Origin: a virus
Strand: one strand, 5' to 3'
Virus record (IMG/VR): IMGVR_UViG_3300042731_007874
DNA length: 64,000 nucleotides
This document shows positions 1 through 8,397 of the stretch, one piece after another. The translations under genes were made by a program, and so were the position numbers. Under the pieces are notes generated by a model that worked only from the letters and a program-made list of their open reading frames with translations, was not told the origin of the DNA and made no database searches. Every line of letters begins with the position of its first letter. Position 1 is the first letter of the stretch.

Positions 1-24
1 TTCATAATTTCTCCTTTTGGTTTA

Positions 25-651
25 TTATAGAAATGAATCTCGAATTGAATTGTCAGGCATATAATAGATATTATAATCGCCCGCATCTAAGTAATAAATA
101 TCTGGATATTTGTCTCTTATCTTTTTGTACATACCTTTGTCGTCATATCCAATTAATTCTTTAATAGTAAATTGGCAGCCTATTTGCTCTTGGAAACCTA
201 GATAATCTTCAACCATTTTAAAAGTTGTTTTATGGGTAACAAGGTGGGTTATTCTTATTTTTGTTAGGTTTGATAAATATTCTAAGTATTCTTTATTATT
301 CTCTAGTAAATCACTTGAAAACACACATCTATTTATCTTTTCCCAGAAAGATGAAAGCTTGAACTGTTCTCGTGTATGAACGTCTACTAACATATTGAGG
401 TTGTTTGTTATTTTAAAGAACTTATTCCACCATTCAATATGATGATGATATTTATAGAGACAATCACCGCCGCCAGATAGAGAAACTTTTCCTTTATTTT
501 TGTTCTCACTTAAAAAGTTCTCTAGTTTCTTCCAGTTTGTCTTCTCATTAACATATTCAAGTTCATGTCCTTTCCATATACAATACCAACAGTTGGCTCT
601 ACATCCAAAATTAGTTATTACAGATATATTTGGGCAAGCTGTCCGCAACAC
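25..651 (-). CDS. radical SAM protein of unknown substrate
   Basis: CxxxCxxC (CRANCWYC) near the N-terminus and a VSLSGGG motif; GTG start with GAGG 7 nt upstream. Confidence 0.8.
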   Translation of the reverse strand: MLRTACPNISVITNFGCRANCWYCIWKGHELEYVNEKTNWKKLENFLSENKNKGKVSLSGGGDCLYKYHHHIEWWNKFFKITNNLNMLVDVHTREQFKLSSFWEKINRCVFSSDLLENNKEYLEYLSNLTKIRITHLVTHKTTFKMVEDYLGFQEQIGCQFTIKELIGYDDKGMYKKIRDKYPDIYYLDAGDYNIYYMPDNSIRDSFL

Positions 652-1574
652 AATCCAGCCTCTTCACATTTAGCAATTGCATCAATTACAACAGGAACAC
701 CTGCTTCTCTAAACTGATTGCCGATTTCAATCAGCTTATCATAGTTTGAATAGTTTGCTACTGTCTTTAGCTCATTCCCTTTTGCATTATTTGTACTATT
801 AAGTGGAATAAGTTTAACAGTAAACTTGTCACCTCGAAGCCCCATTTTCTTTAGCTTTCCTACAGAAACTTCTACTCCTTGCATAACAATAAAATTTAAT
901 GTAACTGTTCGGCTTGTTATTTTTTGTTTGTTCACCTCTGATACTATTTCAGGCAGAGTTATTACATCCGCGCCGCCAAATAACTCTTTTCTCTTATTCT
1001 CGTCTGTTGAATTACAAGAAATTTGTAAATGAAGTCTTCCATCATAAGTAGATTCTTTAAAATCTATTACTTGGCTTAACACATTTGCTTTTCGGGGAAG
1101 TATTGTATTAAAGCAAGGAAGCCATTTAAAGTCACGTCCTTGATGTTCTGATATTTGAGGTAGAAGTTTCATTGCATCAAGAACATTTTCTACATTCCAT
1201 GCAGGCTCGCCCATTCTAGCAAACCCTATCTTTACTTTGTTGCTTTGAGTAACATAAGGAGTATTTTTAAGTATACTAATAACTTGATCTAGGATTTCAT
1301 CTCGTGTGAGATTTCCCTTAAAAGGTAAAGGGGCAACATCACAAAACTGACAATTATGAATACATCCACGTTGTGTACTTACTGTTAGTAACCATTTTTC
1401 TTTATAGGGAACAAGATGTTTCCATATTACTTGTGGATCTTGAGTCTCTCTTACTATCTTATGAAGCTTGCCGTCTACTGCGACGTCTCTCATTTCAGTA
1501 GATTCAATTATGTAACCGTTCAAGTCACTAATAAAGATTCTACCACTAGGTAGATAGAGTACATCTTTAATCAT
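618..1574 (-). CDS. RlmN/Cfr-family radical SAM RNA methyltransferase-like protein
   Basis: VSTQRGCIHNCQFC, RMGEP and C-terminal CCGQL match RlmN/Cfr signatures; lacks the RlmN N-terminal domain. Confidence 0.8.
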   Translation of the reverse strand: MIKDVLYLPSGRIFISDLNGYIIESTEMRDVAVDGKLHKIVRETQDPQVIWKHLVPYKEKWLLTVSTQRGCIHNCQFCDVAPLPFKGNLTRDEILDQVISILKNTPYVTQSNKVKIGFARMGEPAWNVENVLDAMKLLPQISEHQGRDFKWLPCFNTILPRKANVLSQVIDFKESTYDGRLHLQISCNSTDENKRKELFGGADVITLPEIVSEVNKQKITSRTVTLNFIVMQGVEVSVGKLKKMGLRGDKFTVKLIPLNSTNNAKGNELKTVANYSNYDKLIEIGNQFREAGVPVVIDAIAKCEEAGLCCGQLAQIYL

Positions 1575-2004
1575 TGTTTACCTTCTCCACGTTCTTTATC
1601 CATTTTGGGACTGGTTGCCATTTTCTTGCCATATTATCAATAGTTGATTTAGGAACTCCATGGATATTTCTTTCAACACAGATTTTTGGATCTGCAAAGA
1701 CTTCAATAATTTCACAGCTATATCCCATTGTTTCTGCGATTCTGTAATAAGGAATCCATTCAGTTGTTGTAACATTTGTATTGTCTATTACAATAAGTTT
1801 TTCTTTGAGAGTGGTAATAAAATACAAAAATGTCTGTAAACAATGTATGTGTGCTTCTCCAATAAGACCAGGATCAAATTTGTATTCTCCATGCTTATTT
1901 ATGAAATACTTATCAGCAGAACATATTACTGCATCTGGGTAGTTCTTTTTAACAAAAGTACTTTTCCCAGCGCCTGGCAAACCTCTCATAATTATTACTT
2001 TCAT
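1567..2004 (-). CDS. P-loop kinase, AAA_33/N4BP2-like polynucleotide kinase
   Basis: MKVIIMRGLPGAGKST Walker A, CSAD, VIDNTN and RNIHGVP motifs. Confidence 0.85.
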   Translation of the reverse strand: MKVIIMRGLPGAGKSTFVKKNYPDAVICSADKYFINKHGEYKFDPGLIGEAHIHCLQTFLYFITTLKEKLIVIDNTNVTTTEWIPYYRIAETMGYSCEIIEVFADPKICVERNIHGVPKSTIDNMARKWQPVPKWIKNVEKVNND

Positions 2005-2318
2005 GATTCTTTCCTTTGATAGATCTTTTCTCTATAGATTTCTTCATCTATCTCTCTCCAGAGAGATCCAATACATGATGTAAATTTTGCTTTACGGATA
2101 ATTTCGTTATTTCCTTTCGGCAGGTTAGTTCTAGTAAAGAGTTCACCATTAGAACCCCAGAAACAACCTAATGAAAAATTACAACCACAGATCCAGGTTT
2201 CACGTGGTTCAATTTCATATTCTTCTTCATTAGGATCAAAACAGTGTTCTTCAAGGGTTTGGTACATTTCTAAAGGCCCTTGCCTTAGTTCTTTCTTACA
2301 GAATGGACAGTAATACAT
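2001..2318 (-). CDS. hypothetical protein with CxxC
   Basis: 105-aa ORF overlapping neighbours in operon fashion; CPFC. Confidence 0.65.
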   Translation of the reverse strand: MYYCPFCKKELRQGPLEMYQTLEEHCFDPNEEEYEIEPRETWICGCNFSLGCFWGSNGELFTRTNLPKGNNEIIRKAKFTSCIGSLWREIDEEIYREKIYQRKES

Positions 2319-2773
2319 TCACTTTACCTAATCCTACCGTAAAATCTTTCAAATCGCTATGCGTTTTATGAATCCACTCAACAAACTCTAGTCTTCTCGG
2401 GTTTGTCTTTGAATACATGGTAAATAAAGCTATAAAACACATCCAACGTAATCTTTCGTCTTCTGACTCGAAAGTATTTCCATCAAGAAGTACAACGAAA
2501 GCCTCTAATTGACGCCATACTCTTTGTGAAAACGAGGCTGAGGTCTTAAGAGTACTTCTTTCTATGCTATTAGAATTGGCCAGCTCTATTAAATCATTTT
2601 CAAGCTCTTTAGAAAAGATAAAACCACCATTCCATTTAAACTTGTATCCCAAGTCTATAATGAAATTCTGGACAAGATAAACTACACAGTGTGGTTCACT
2701 AGACTTATTTAAAATATCTGACGAAAATATTTTTAGTAATTGTTCTAATAAAGATAACTTAGGTTTTAGCCAT
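2296..2773 (-). pseudogene. hypothetical protein, apparently frameshifted just after its start codon
   Basis: SD AAGGAGA and ATG at 2773 give MAKT*; removing one A from AAAA (2764-2767) joins it to the open frame ending at 2296 (MAKPKLSLLEQ...FIIDLGYKFKW...). Confidence 0.55.
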
Positions 2774-2830
2774 GTTTTCTCCTTAAATATTGTTATCTTT
2801 TCCTTTCTAGAGCGCCCAGTAATGATCTTA

Positions 2831-3265
2831 TTAGTCTCTTATAATTTCAATAAACTCTAATTTTCTACAAACAAGTTCCTGAAAGTTTCCTTTCCCGAGG
2901 TCGTTTTCAATAGCAACAATATCTTCCACTCTTACTTTAAACTTAATTATTATTAAGGAGAGTAACGAGTAGTTATGCAATTTCTTTTTATCTCTACTTG
3001 CTGCCTCAAGATTAGTATAAGCATGAAAACCTCTATCGATTGATCCCAACTCTAGTTCTTCTTCAGTTGGTTTTGAAGGTCTCTCTATTTCAAAGTCTTT
3101 CTGGTTCTTAAAGTCCCAACTAAATTCATAATATGGAGATCTATAGAAGTCTTCATGCGACCACTTCTTTAAAATTTTATAAACAAACACTTCTTCTTGA
3201 TCTCCGATAAACTCTTGAAGATCTTTTTTGTTCTGTTCTTTATTAGAGTTAATACATAAACACAT
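2831..3265 (-). CDS. paralog family A, copy 1 (hypothetical)
   Basis: VYKIL..Y.SP..WDF..PT.EE..G.I..G.H.Y..FKV..E.LVC.KL.F motif shared with four other ORFs. Confidence 0.85.
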   Translation of the reverse strand: MCLCINSNKEQNKKDLQEFIGDQEEVFVYKILKKWSHEDFYRSPYYEFSWDFKNQKDFEIERPSKPTEEELELGSIDRGFHAYTNLEAASRDKKKLHNYSLLSLIIIKFKVRVEDIVAIENDLGKGNFQELVCRKLEFIEIIRD

Positions 3266-3276
3266 GATATCCCTCC

Positions 3277-3534
3277 TTAATCTTCTCTTATAATCTCAAC
3301 GAATTCTAGTTTAGTATAAACTAACCGTTGAAAATTATGTTTTTGTTTAGAACAACCGTTCTCAACAGCAACAATATTTTCTGCCTTGACCTTGAATTTA
3401 ATAATTGGTTCATCCTCTTCTTTCCAATACTTGGCTTCTTCTAAATTAGTGTAGGCATGAAGTCCTTTACAGATGAGGTAATAGCAAAGCTCTTTCTCGT
3501 TTTGCTCTTGATCCTCTAAAATCCATAGACACAT
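3277..3534 (-). CDS. paralog family A, copy 2 (internally deleted)
   Basis: Same N- and C-terminal motifs as copy 1 but lacks the central ~55 aa. Confidence 0.75.
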   Translation of the reverse strand: MCLWILEDQEQNEKELCYYLICKGLHAYTNLEEAKYWKEEDEPIIKFKVKAENIVAVENGCSKQKHNFQRLVYTKLEFVEIIRED

Positions 3535-3567
3535 ATCTTTTCTCCTTTCCCTATAAATACTTATATT

Positions 3568-3599
3568 TACGTTGGATCTAGTATTAGATAGTCAAAATA
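3568..3599 (-). repeat. upstream repeat B, copy 1
   Basis: TACGTTGGATCTAGTATTAGATAGTCAAAATA matches 4181-4212 at 29/32 nt; intergenic, upstream of 3534. Confidence 0.8.
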
Positions 3600-3628
3600 G
3601 ATATTTTTGGTAAGCTCCAGTAATGAAT

Positions 3629-3829
3629 TTATACTTTTTCTCTCATATATTCTGTAATTACAGAGTTACATTCTTTTAGTAACCCAATAAGTTCATGCCA
3701 ACAACTATCAGTAGCAGGAAGACTTTCAAAGGTCCGCCTTAGTTCTGGATAACAAATCCAATTAATAGAAACCTGACAGACCACTGCTGCTCCTATTAGT
3801 TTTGGATTCTGGTGAACATGGCTACTCAT
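3629..3829 (-). CDS. hypothetical protein
   Basis: 66-aa ORF on the coding strand with AAGAAGGA upstream. Confidence 0.55.
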   Translation of the reverse strand: MSSHVHQNPKLIGAAVVCQVSINWICYPELRRTFESLPATDSCWHELIGLLKECNSVITEYMREKV

Positions 3830-3911
3830 TCCTTCTTTACAATAATGACAAGAACATTTTTCTATTTTTTCATATCTTTTTCCTTTTCCGGAGCGCCGGG
3901 TAATGGTCTTG

Positions 3912-4097
3912 TTAGCTCCTTATAGATTTCCTAACAGGAGACCATTCTTTACTTCTATCTCTCTTACAGAGATAGTACCAGTCATATATCAGTCCTTTTC
4001 TATGGAGGTCGAGAAGAAGTTTCCATTCACCTTTGCCTGCAAATGTAGTCCAGCCTTGTACCAGTCTGCTTATCTTCTTATATATTCTTTTATTCAT
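3912..4097 (-). CDS. hypothetical basic protein
   Basis: 61-aa ORF downstream of SD AGGAGA. Confidence 0.55.
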   Translation of the reverse strand: MNKRIYKKISRLVQGWTTFAGKGEWKLLLDLHRKGLIYDWYYLCKRDRSKEWSPVRKSIRS

Positions 4098-4112
4098 TAC
4101 ATTGTCTCCTTT

Positions 4113-4132
4113 CTATATAAATATTTATATAG
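4113..4132. promoter_or_regulatory. perfect 20-bp palindrome next to an RBS
   Basis: CTATATAAATATTTATATAG equals its own reverse complement and abuts the SD of the 4097 gene. Confidence 0.6.
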
Positions 4133-4180
4133 CTCCAAATACCAAGACTAGAGATCTCTGAGGGCCAAGATCAATACTTG

Positions 4181-4275
4181 TACATTGGATCTAGTAGTAG
4201 ATGGTCAAAATACACTGAAAACATAACAAATACACTAATTACATTGGATCTAGTAAAATATGAACCAAATACACT
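4181..4275 (-). repeat. upstream repeat B, copies 2 and 3, plus three AAATACACT units
   Basis: TACATTGGATCTAGTA at 4181 and 4240; AAATACACT at 4208, 4228 and 4267. Confidence 0.75.
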
Positions 4276-4317
4276 AGGCAAAGCAAAATTTTCCCTCTTA
4301 TCTCTCTCTCAATCCAA

Positions 4318-4539
4318 TCAACGGAATCTTACAATTGTATTTGGCCGAGGCCCGAAGGGCCGAGGCAGGGGACGCTCTACGGAGATAGAAACGCTCTTGT
4401 CATTATAGGTGATCAACATATGTGGGATACTGGTTAGGAGCTGAAAACGACTGTCCGGATATGTTTTCTTAATAATATTAAACATATAGGCCATCAAGAG
4501 ATGATTATTACATGGGGCTTGGTCTAAAACTAAACTCAA
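4318..4539 (-). CDS. hypothetical protein (start uncertain)
   Basis: 73-aa ORF on the coding strand. Confidence 0.45.
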   Translation of the reverse strand: MSLVLDQAPCNNHLLMAYMFNIIKKTYPDSRFQLLTSIPHMLITYNDKSVSISVERPLPRPFGPRPNTIVRFR

Positions 4540-4974
4540 CTAATAATGACATTTCAATTCTAAGATACCTAGAAGCTCTTATAATCCATTTCTCTTCTTT
4601 AAGAGTACCGTCTATCCTAAATTTAGTTTTATAGGATTCTAGAGGTATTCTCATTATTCTGATAGAAGATTAGAGTTCTCTTTATGGGCCATCAGGGAAG
4701 AAGTTTCTTTCAAAAGACAAATATACATATTTAGGAGTAGTTTCTTCTTTAGGATCTTATATTCAGGGAATTATATTATTAGGATAGTATAGCTTCTTCA
4801 GGAAATACTATAGTCAAGAAGATCCTTAAGAGCATAACTAACACTTTTTAAACTTACTAACATTGAACATATAATAATATGTATGTTTGTAAATAATAAG
4901 TATAATGTATAATAGGTTAAGCTCTTATAGCTTCTAAATCCGTATATGCGTTTAAATAGATAATAAGTAGTTAG

Positions 4975-5139
4975 TTAGAACTTTGGGTCTTCTTCTTGGC
5001 GGGTTTCTTGTTCATCAAGATCACTCTTTAGCCAATCAATATATTCTTGTTGGCATTTCTCACTACAAACTACCTGAATATCTTCGTCCAGATATTGAAC
5101 AAATTTCTTTCCACACATACAACATCTACGCAATTCCAT
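4975..5139 (-). CDS. small acidic Cys-rich protein (CCMCG...CSEKC), not in ORF track
   Basis: Hand translation gives MELRRCCMCGKKF...VCSEKCQQ... (54 aa); SD AAGGAG 8 nt upstream; paralog at 7189-7365. Confidence 0.75.
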   Translation of the reverse strand: MELRRCCMCGKKFVQYLDEDIQVVCSEKCQQEYIDWLKSDLDEQETRQEEDPKF

Positions 5140-5352
5140 GACATTTTCTCCTTGTTTGCTATTTTCCTACAGTAATACTGTACGAATTCTTATTGTTGAC
5201 CAAACCATGACCACAAAAGCCATAAAAGCCACAAAAAATAATATGTAATAATTTCAGGTGTTTGGTTTGGTTTTGCTATATACAGCTATACAGCCGAGAT
5301 ACAGCTTTTTTAAACAAAACCAATTCCACTAATATTAAACACGAATATCGTG

Positions 5353-5724
5353 TTACGAAATAATATTCTTATGTTTAGGATAGACTATTTTAGCAGTATC
5401 AGGGAACATGTTCTTACATTTCTCTCGAACTAAGCCTAGGTACCAGACATCAGAACATACGCGATGCTTTCCTGTCTCTAGCATTCCAAAGACAAATCTT
5501 TTCCTTCCATATCCTCTTCCTCCACACCCTTGCATCTCTTCTGGATTTGACGGATTAAGAATATAAATCTCACCATCAACTATGACATAATCTTTCTTTT
5601 TAAGAAACTCCAGGTCAAAATTACAACCAAAGCAGAGTTTCTTCTCAAGCAATTCTGGCCCTGAAAGCCAATTCTTAACAACTTCTCTTTTACCACAATA
5701 TTTACAGGTAAATGTTTTCTGCAT
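5353..5724 (-). CDS. hypothetical Zn-binding protein
   Basis: CKYC...CFGC pairs; SD upstream. Confidence 0.7.
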   Translation of the reverse strand: MQKTFTCKYCGKREVVKNWLSGPELLEKKLCFGCNFDLEFLKKKDYVIVDGEIYILNPSNPEEMQGCGGRGYGRKRFVFGMLETGKHRVCSDVWYLGLVREKCKNMFPDTAKIVYPKHKNIIS

Positions 5725-5814
5725 ATCTTTTTCCTTTCTTTAGTGAATCAATTCACCAATAAATTTCATTATTCCAAATATAATAACTACTACTATTACG
5801 GCGGTTGTCATGAA

Positions 5815-5961
5815 TTAATTACCTCCATCATCACCGGCATCAACCTCGTCATCAATCTGAATGACGATAGGATTGTCAGTGTCTTCGATAAGGATATCAA
5901 TATCAATGTCATAACAACCAAGTACGATCAGACTAACAATAATAAAGATTATTGTTTTCAT
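5815..5961 (-). CDS. small acidic lipoprotein, not in ORF track
   Basis: MKTIIFIIVSLIVLGC signal with lipobox, then an Asp-rich tail (48 aa, hand translated). Confidence 0.65.
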   Translation of the reverse strand: MKTIIFIIVSLIVLGCYDIDIDILIEDTDNPIVIQIDDEVDAGDDGGN

Positions 5962-5974
5962 TTTTGTTTTCCTT

Positions 5975-6148
5975 TCAGTTGAAATCAAACATACGAACGA
6001 ATTCTATTCTTCTGTCCTTGATTTCTTCAAGGACAATATCAGAAGCATGAGTTCTTTCCGGCGCGCCGGACAAAGAATAATACAGCTCTACCAGTTCTTT
6101 ATCGTCTAACTCTTCTAAACCATTGGTATATTCTTCCTGACAGTCCAT
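5975..6148 (-). CDS. small acidic hypothetical protein, not in ORF track
   Basis: 57-aa hand-translated ORF filling the gap between neighbouring genes. Confidence 0.55.
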   Translation of the reverse strand: MDCQEEYTNGLEELDDKELVELYYSLSGAPERTHASDIVLEEIKDRRIEFVRMFDFN

Positions 6149-6150
6149 AA

Positions 6151-6477
6151 CTATTTCCTTTCTTTACAAGCTTTTAAAAGCTCTTGACAAATTACTTTTG
6201 GAGAACAAGGTTTAGATAAAACCTTGACTCCAGGAATAAATACATCTGAATTCCCTGTATGTACAACAACAGGAATATCTGCAGCTTTAACAATCTCAAT
6301 TCCATTACCATAATCTGGACAATCCCAATCCGTTAGAACAACATCAAAGTTATATTCTAACAAAGATCTAAGGCCTTGTTCTACAGAATAAGCCAATCTA
6401 ATGTTGAATTCTTTACTTAATACTCTCTTAAGCATTCTTGCCACAAGAGTATTATCTTCTACAATAAGTAGATTCAT
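6151..6477 (-). CDS. stand-alone response regulator receiver (CheY-like) protein
   Basis: LLIVEDN, phosphoacceptor VLTD, HTG and SKP motifs; likely start ATG 6477. Confidence 0.9.
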   Translation of the reverse strand: MNLLIVEDNTLVARMLKRVLSKEFNIRLAYSVEQGLRSLLEYNFDVVLTDWDCPDYGNGIEIVKAADIPVVVHTGNSDVFIPGVKVLSKPCSPKVICQELLKACKERK

Positions 6478-6478
6478 C

Positions 6479-6655
6479 TTACTTCTCACATTTATAGACA
6501 ACTAGAGGACGTTCTTGTTTTGCAATGAACGCCGCCAAATGATAATCATCTTGACAAGCAGGATGATCTTTAGGAAGTTTTTCAACAATACAACATTCCC
6601 GCATAAGCAGACAGAATATTGTAATTAAACAAGCAATTACAATAATTTTGTTCAT
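6479..6655 (-). CDS. small secreted/membrane protein, not in ORF track
   Basis: 58 aa with a hydrophobic N-terminus (MNKIIVIACLITIFCLL). Confidence 0.55.
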   Translation of the reverse strand: MNKIIVIACLITIFCLLMRECCIVEKLPKDHPACQDDYHLAAFIAKQERPLVVYKCEK

Positions 6656-6670
6656 TTTGTTTTTCTTTCT

Positions 6671-6991
6671 TTACTTTAACTGTTTATACTGTTCAATCCA
6701 ACGAGGCTTAAGTTTTCTATCAAGAATCCAAACACCTCCACTAATTCCAATTGCAGTAAAGACATTAAACACCATAAGGTTAATGCCAACTGCCATTCCA
6801 AGACCAACTAGTCCACCAATTACAATTACAAACGTAACTATAATATCAAATGGAACTAGCATTTTACAGACAACTAATCTTGGGGAATAAGACTTCCCAA
6901 AGATTGTTGACTTTAGCGGCGCATAAGACACCAGCCAGCAAATGCTGAATGCTGCCGCGCCAGCAACTAGAAATAATACAAGAACATCCAT
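6671..6991 (-). CDS. multi-pass membrane protein
   Basis: Three hydrophobic segments in 106 aa; SD upstream. Confidence 0.75.
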   Translation of the reverse strand: MDVLVLFLVAGAAAFSICWLVSYAPLKSTIFGKSYSPRLVVCKMLVPFDIIVTFVIVIGGLVGLGMAVGINLMVFNVFTAIGISGGVWILDRKLKPRWIEQYKQLK

Positions 6992-7004
6992 TTCTTTTTC
7001 CTTT

Positions 7005-7175
7005 CTACCTGTTAGTCCAGGGATTTCTAAACACTTCTTCTACTTCATTACTAAGTCTTATATCTTTAATATAAGATTCTATTGTAGGATTTTTATGGGC
7101 CGCCGGTTCTGAATCAGAACACATATAGGCTCCAATTATCCAAATAACTAATACAAATAGTATTAACCTACCCAT
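7005..7175 (-). CDS. small membrane protein, not in ORF track
   Basis: 56 aa, MGRLILFVLVIWIIGAY; SD AAGGAAG upstream. Confidence 0.55.
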   Translation of the reverse strand: MGRLILFVLVIWIIGAYMCSDSEPAAHKNPTIESYIKDIRLSNEVEEVFRNPWTNR

Positions 7176-7188
7176 TTACTTCCTTTCT

Positions 7189-7365
7189 TTAGTAAGGGAT
7201 TTCCATCTCTTCGTCTAAGAGACGTTGTTCTTCTTCCTTGTGTATCTCCTCTAGCAATGCAAATTCACATTCTTCAGAGCAGCACCGAAGATCCGAACCA
7301 TCTCCAATGTCATAGTAATAGAACTCGCCACACATACAGCAATGGCGACCTTCTTGTTCTTTCAT
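7189..7365 (-). CDS. small acidic Cys-rich protein (CCMCG...CSEEC), paralog of 4975-5139
   Basis: Hand translation gives MKEQEGRHCCMCGEFY...RCCSEECEF... (58 aa). Confidence 0.75.
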   Translation of the reverse strand: MKEQEGRHCCMCGEFYYYDIGDGSDLRCCSEECEFALLEEIHKEEEQRLLDEEMEIPY

Positions 7366-7383
7366 AATACTTTCCTTTCTTTA

Positions 7384-7800
7384 TTAGTTTACGACTCTGA
7401 CAAAAGTCAGCTTACGACAGACAAGACTTTCAAAATTCAGCCCAAAGCAACAATTATTCTCAACAGCAACAACGTCTTTCTTATCCACTTTAAATTTTAC
7501 AATTACTCCGTCACAATAGAATCTCTGAAGCTTGGCAGACTCTAAATTAGTATAGACGCAATATCCTTTATAAATTTCTCCCTTCTTCAATTCTTCTTCA
7601 GTTGGCCTTGAAGATCGATCAATCTGGAATACTTGTTGTTTAGAGAAATCCCAAATACAAGACTGATAAGAAAACCTATAATAATTTTTACTCGAACATT
7701 CTCTTAGAACTTTATAAACATAAACTTCTTGTTGATCTCCAAGAAACTCTTGAAGATCTTCTTTATTGTCTTTTTGACTTGACTTAATTTCTATTGACAT
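7384..7800 (-). CDS. paralog family A, copy 3
   Basis: Shared family motifs. Confidence 0.85.
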   Translation of the reverse strand: MSIEIKSSQKDNKEDLQEFLGDQQEVYVYKVLRECSSKNYYRFSYQSCIWDFSKQQVFQIDRSSRPTEEELKKGEIYKGYCVYTNLESAKLQRFYCDGVIVKFKVDKKDVVAVENNCCFGLNFESLVCRKLTFVRVVN

Positions 7801-7827
7801 AATACTTCCCTTTCTACTCTAGGTGCT

Positions 7828-8292
7828 CTAGAGTTCTTTACTGGCCAGAGCCAGTTCTTTAGTCCATTTCTCAACAAGAGCTGTATTAACAACATCTCCT
7901 GTTTGTTTAGTGACAATACAAATAAGATTACGGATTTTACCCATAACCTTATTGATTATTTTGTCAATCTTAGACACTACTTTACTCTTAATTCTTTTTA
8001 CTGCGGCGCGTCGAGCAACTCTCCGCTCCTCAATCTCCTCAATATAAAGCTCTTCCAAGAACAGCTCTATATCTTCAATATTCATATCGTTCATTACGGC
8101 CGAAGCCGCCATGAAGACAATCAACCTATTCATGTCGTTACCTTTTCCCTTCTTGACAATAGCCTTCTTATAAGGCGGTGTCCACTTGGAGAGGTCAAGC
8201 CTCTCCTCTACAATTCGATCTTCTTTAACACCACTTTTTACCAGAGCGCCCGCAAGCGCCCTCATTCCAGAAGCCATTCTTGTGATAAACAT
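7828..8292 (-). CDS. hypothetical protein; N-terminal ~43 aa shared with 9466-9711
   Basis: MFITRMAS...RLDLSKWTPPYKK followed by a helical region. Confidence 0.75.
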   Translation of the reverse strand: MFITRMASGMRALAGALVKSGVKEDRIVEERLDLSKWTPPYKKAIVKKGKGNDMNRLIVFMAASAVMNDMNIEDIELFLEELYIEEIEERRVARRAAVKRIKSKVVSKIDKIINKVMGKIRNLICIVTKQTGDVVNTALVEKWTKELALASKEL

Positions 8293-8303
8293 AACGTTTA
8301 CCC

Positions 8304-8397
8304 TTTCTCCTACTAAAGTAGGATAGTTAAACAGAGCAAAATTGCTCTATAGAGCCTACCAATCTAATTGATAGACTCAAAGAACACTTTTACTTTA
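8304..8397 (-). promoter_or_regulatory. 94-nt structured leader element C, copy 1
   Basis: 76/94 identical to 9930-10023; three inverted repeats; ends in the SD of the 8292 gene. Confidence 0.75.

Noticed and set aside
25-651. Viperin assignment for the short radical SAM protein
   Set aside because: Viperin-specific motifs are not recognisable; only the generic CxxxCxxC and GG are present
3568-4275. Possible CRISPR mini-array from repeated TTGGATCTAGTA units
   Set aside because: Only 2-3 imperfect copies with irregular spacing (~610 and ~59 nt), and no cas genes
4540-4970. AT-rich stretch with only short ORFs, a possible origin or ncRNA
   Set aside because: No iterons or convincing stems were found; it may contain micro-ORFs I cannot validate
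5743-5982. 79-aa + strand ORF
   Set aside because: The - strand holds a lipobox ORF with SD, consistent with the local gene direction
6057-6070. Perfect 14-bp GC palindrome TCCGGCGCGCCGGA
   Set aside because: It lies inside a small ORF, is single-copy and has no U-tract; function is unsupported
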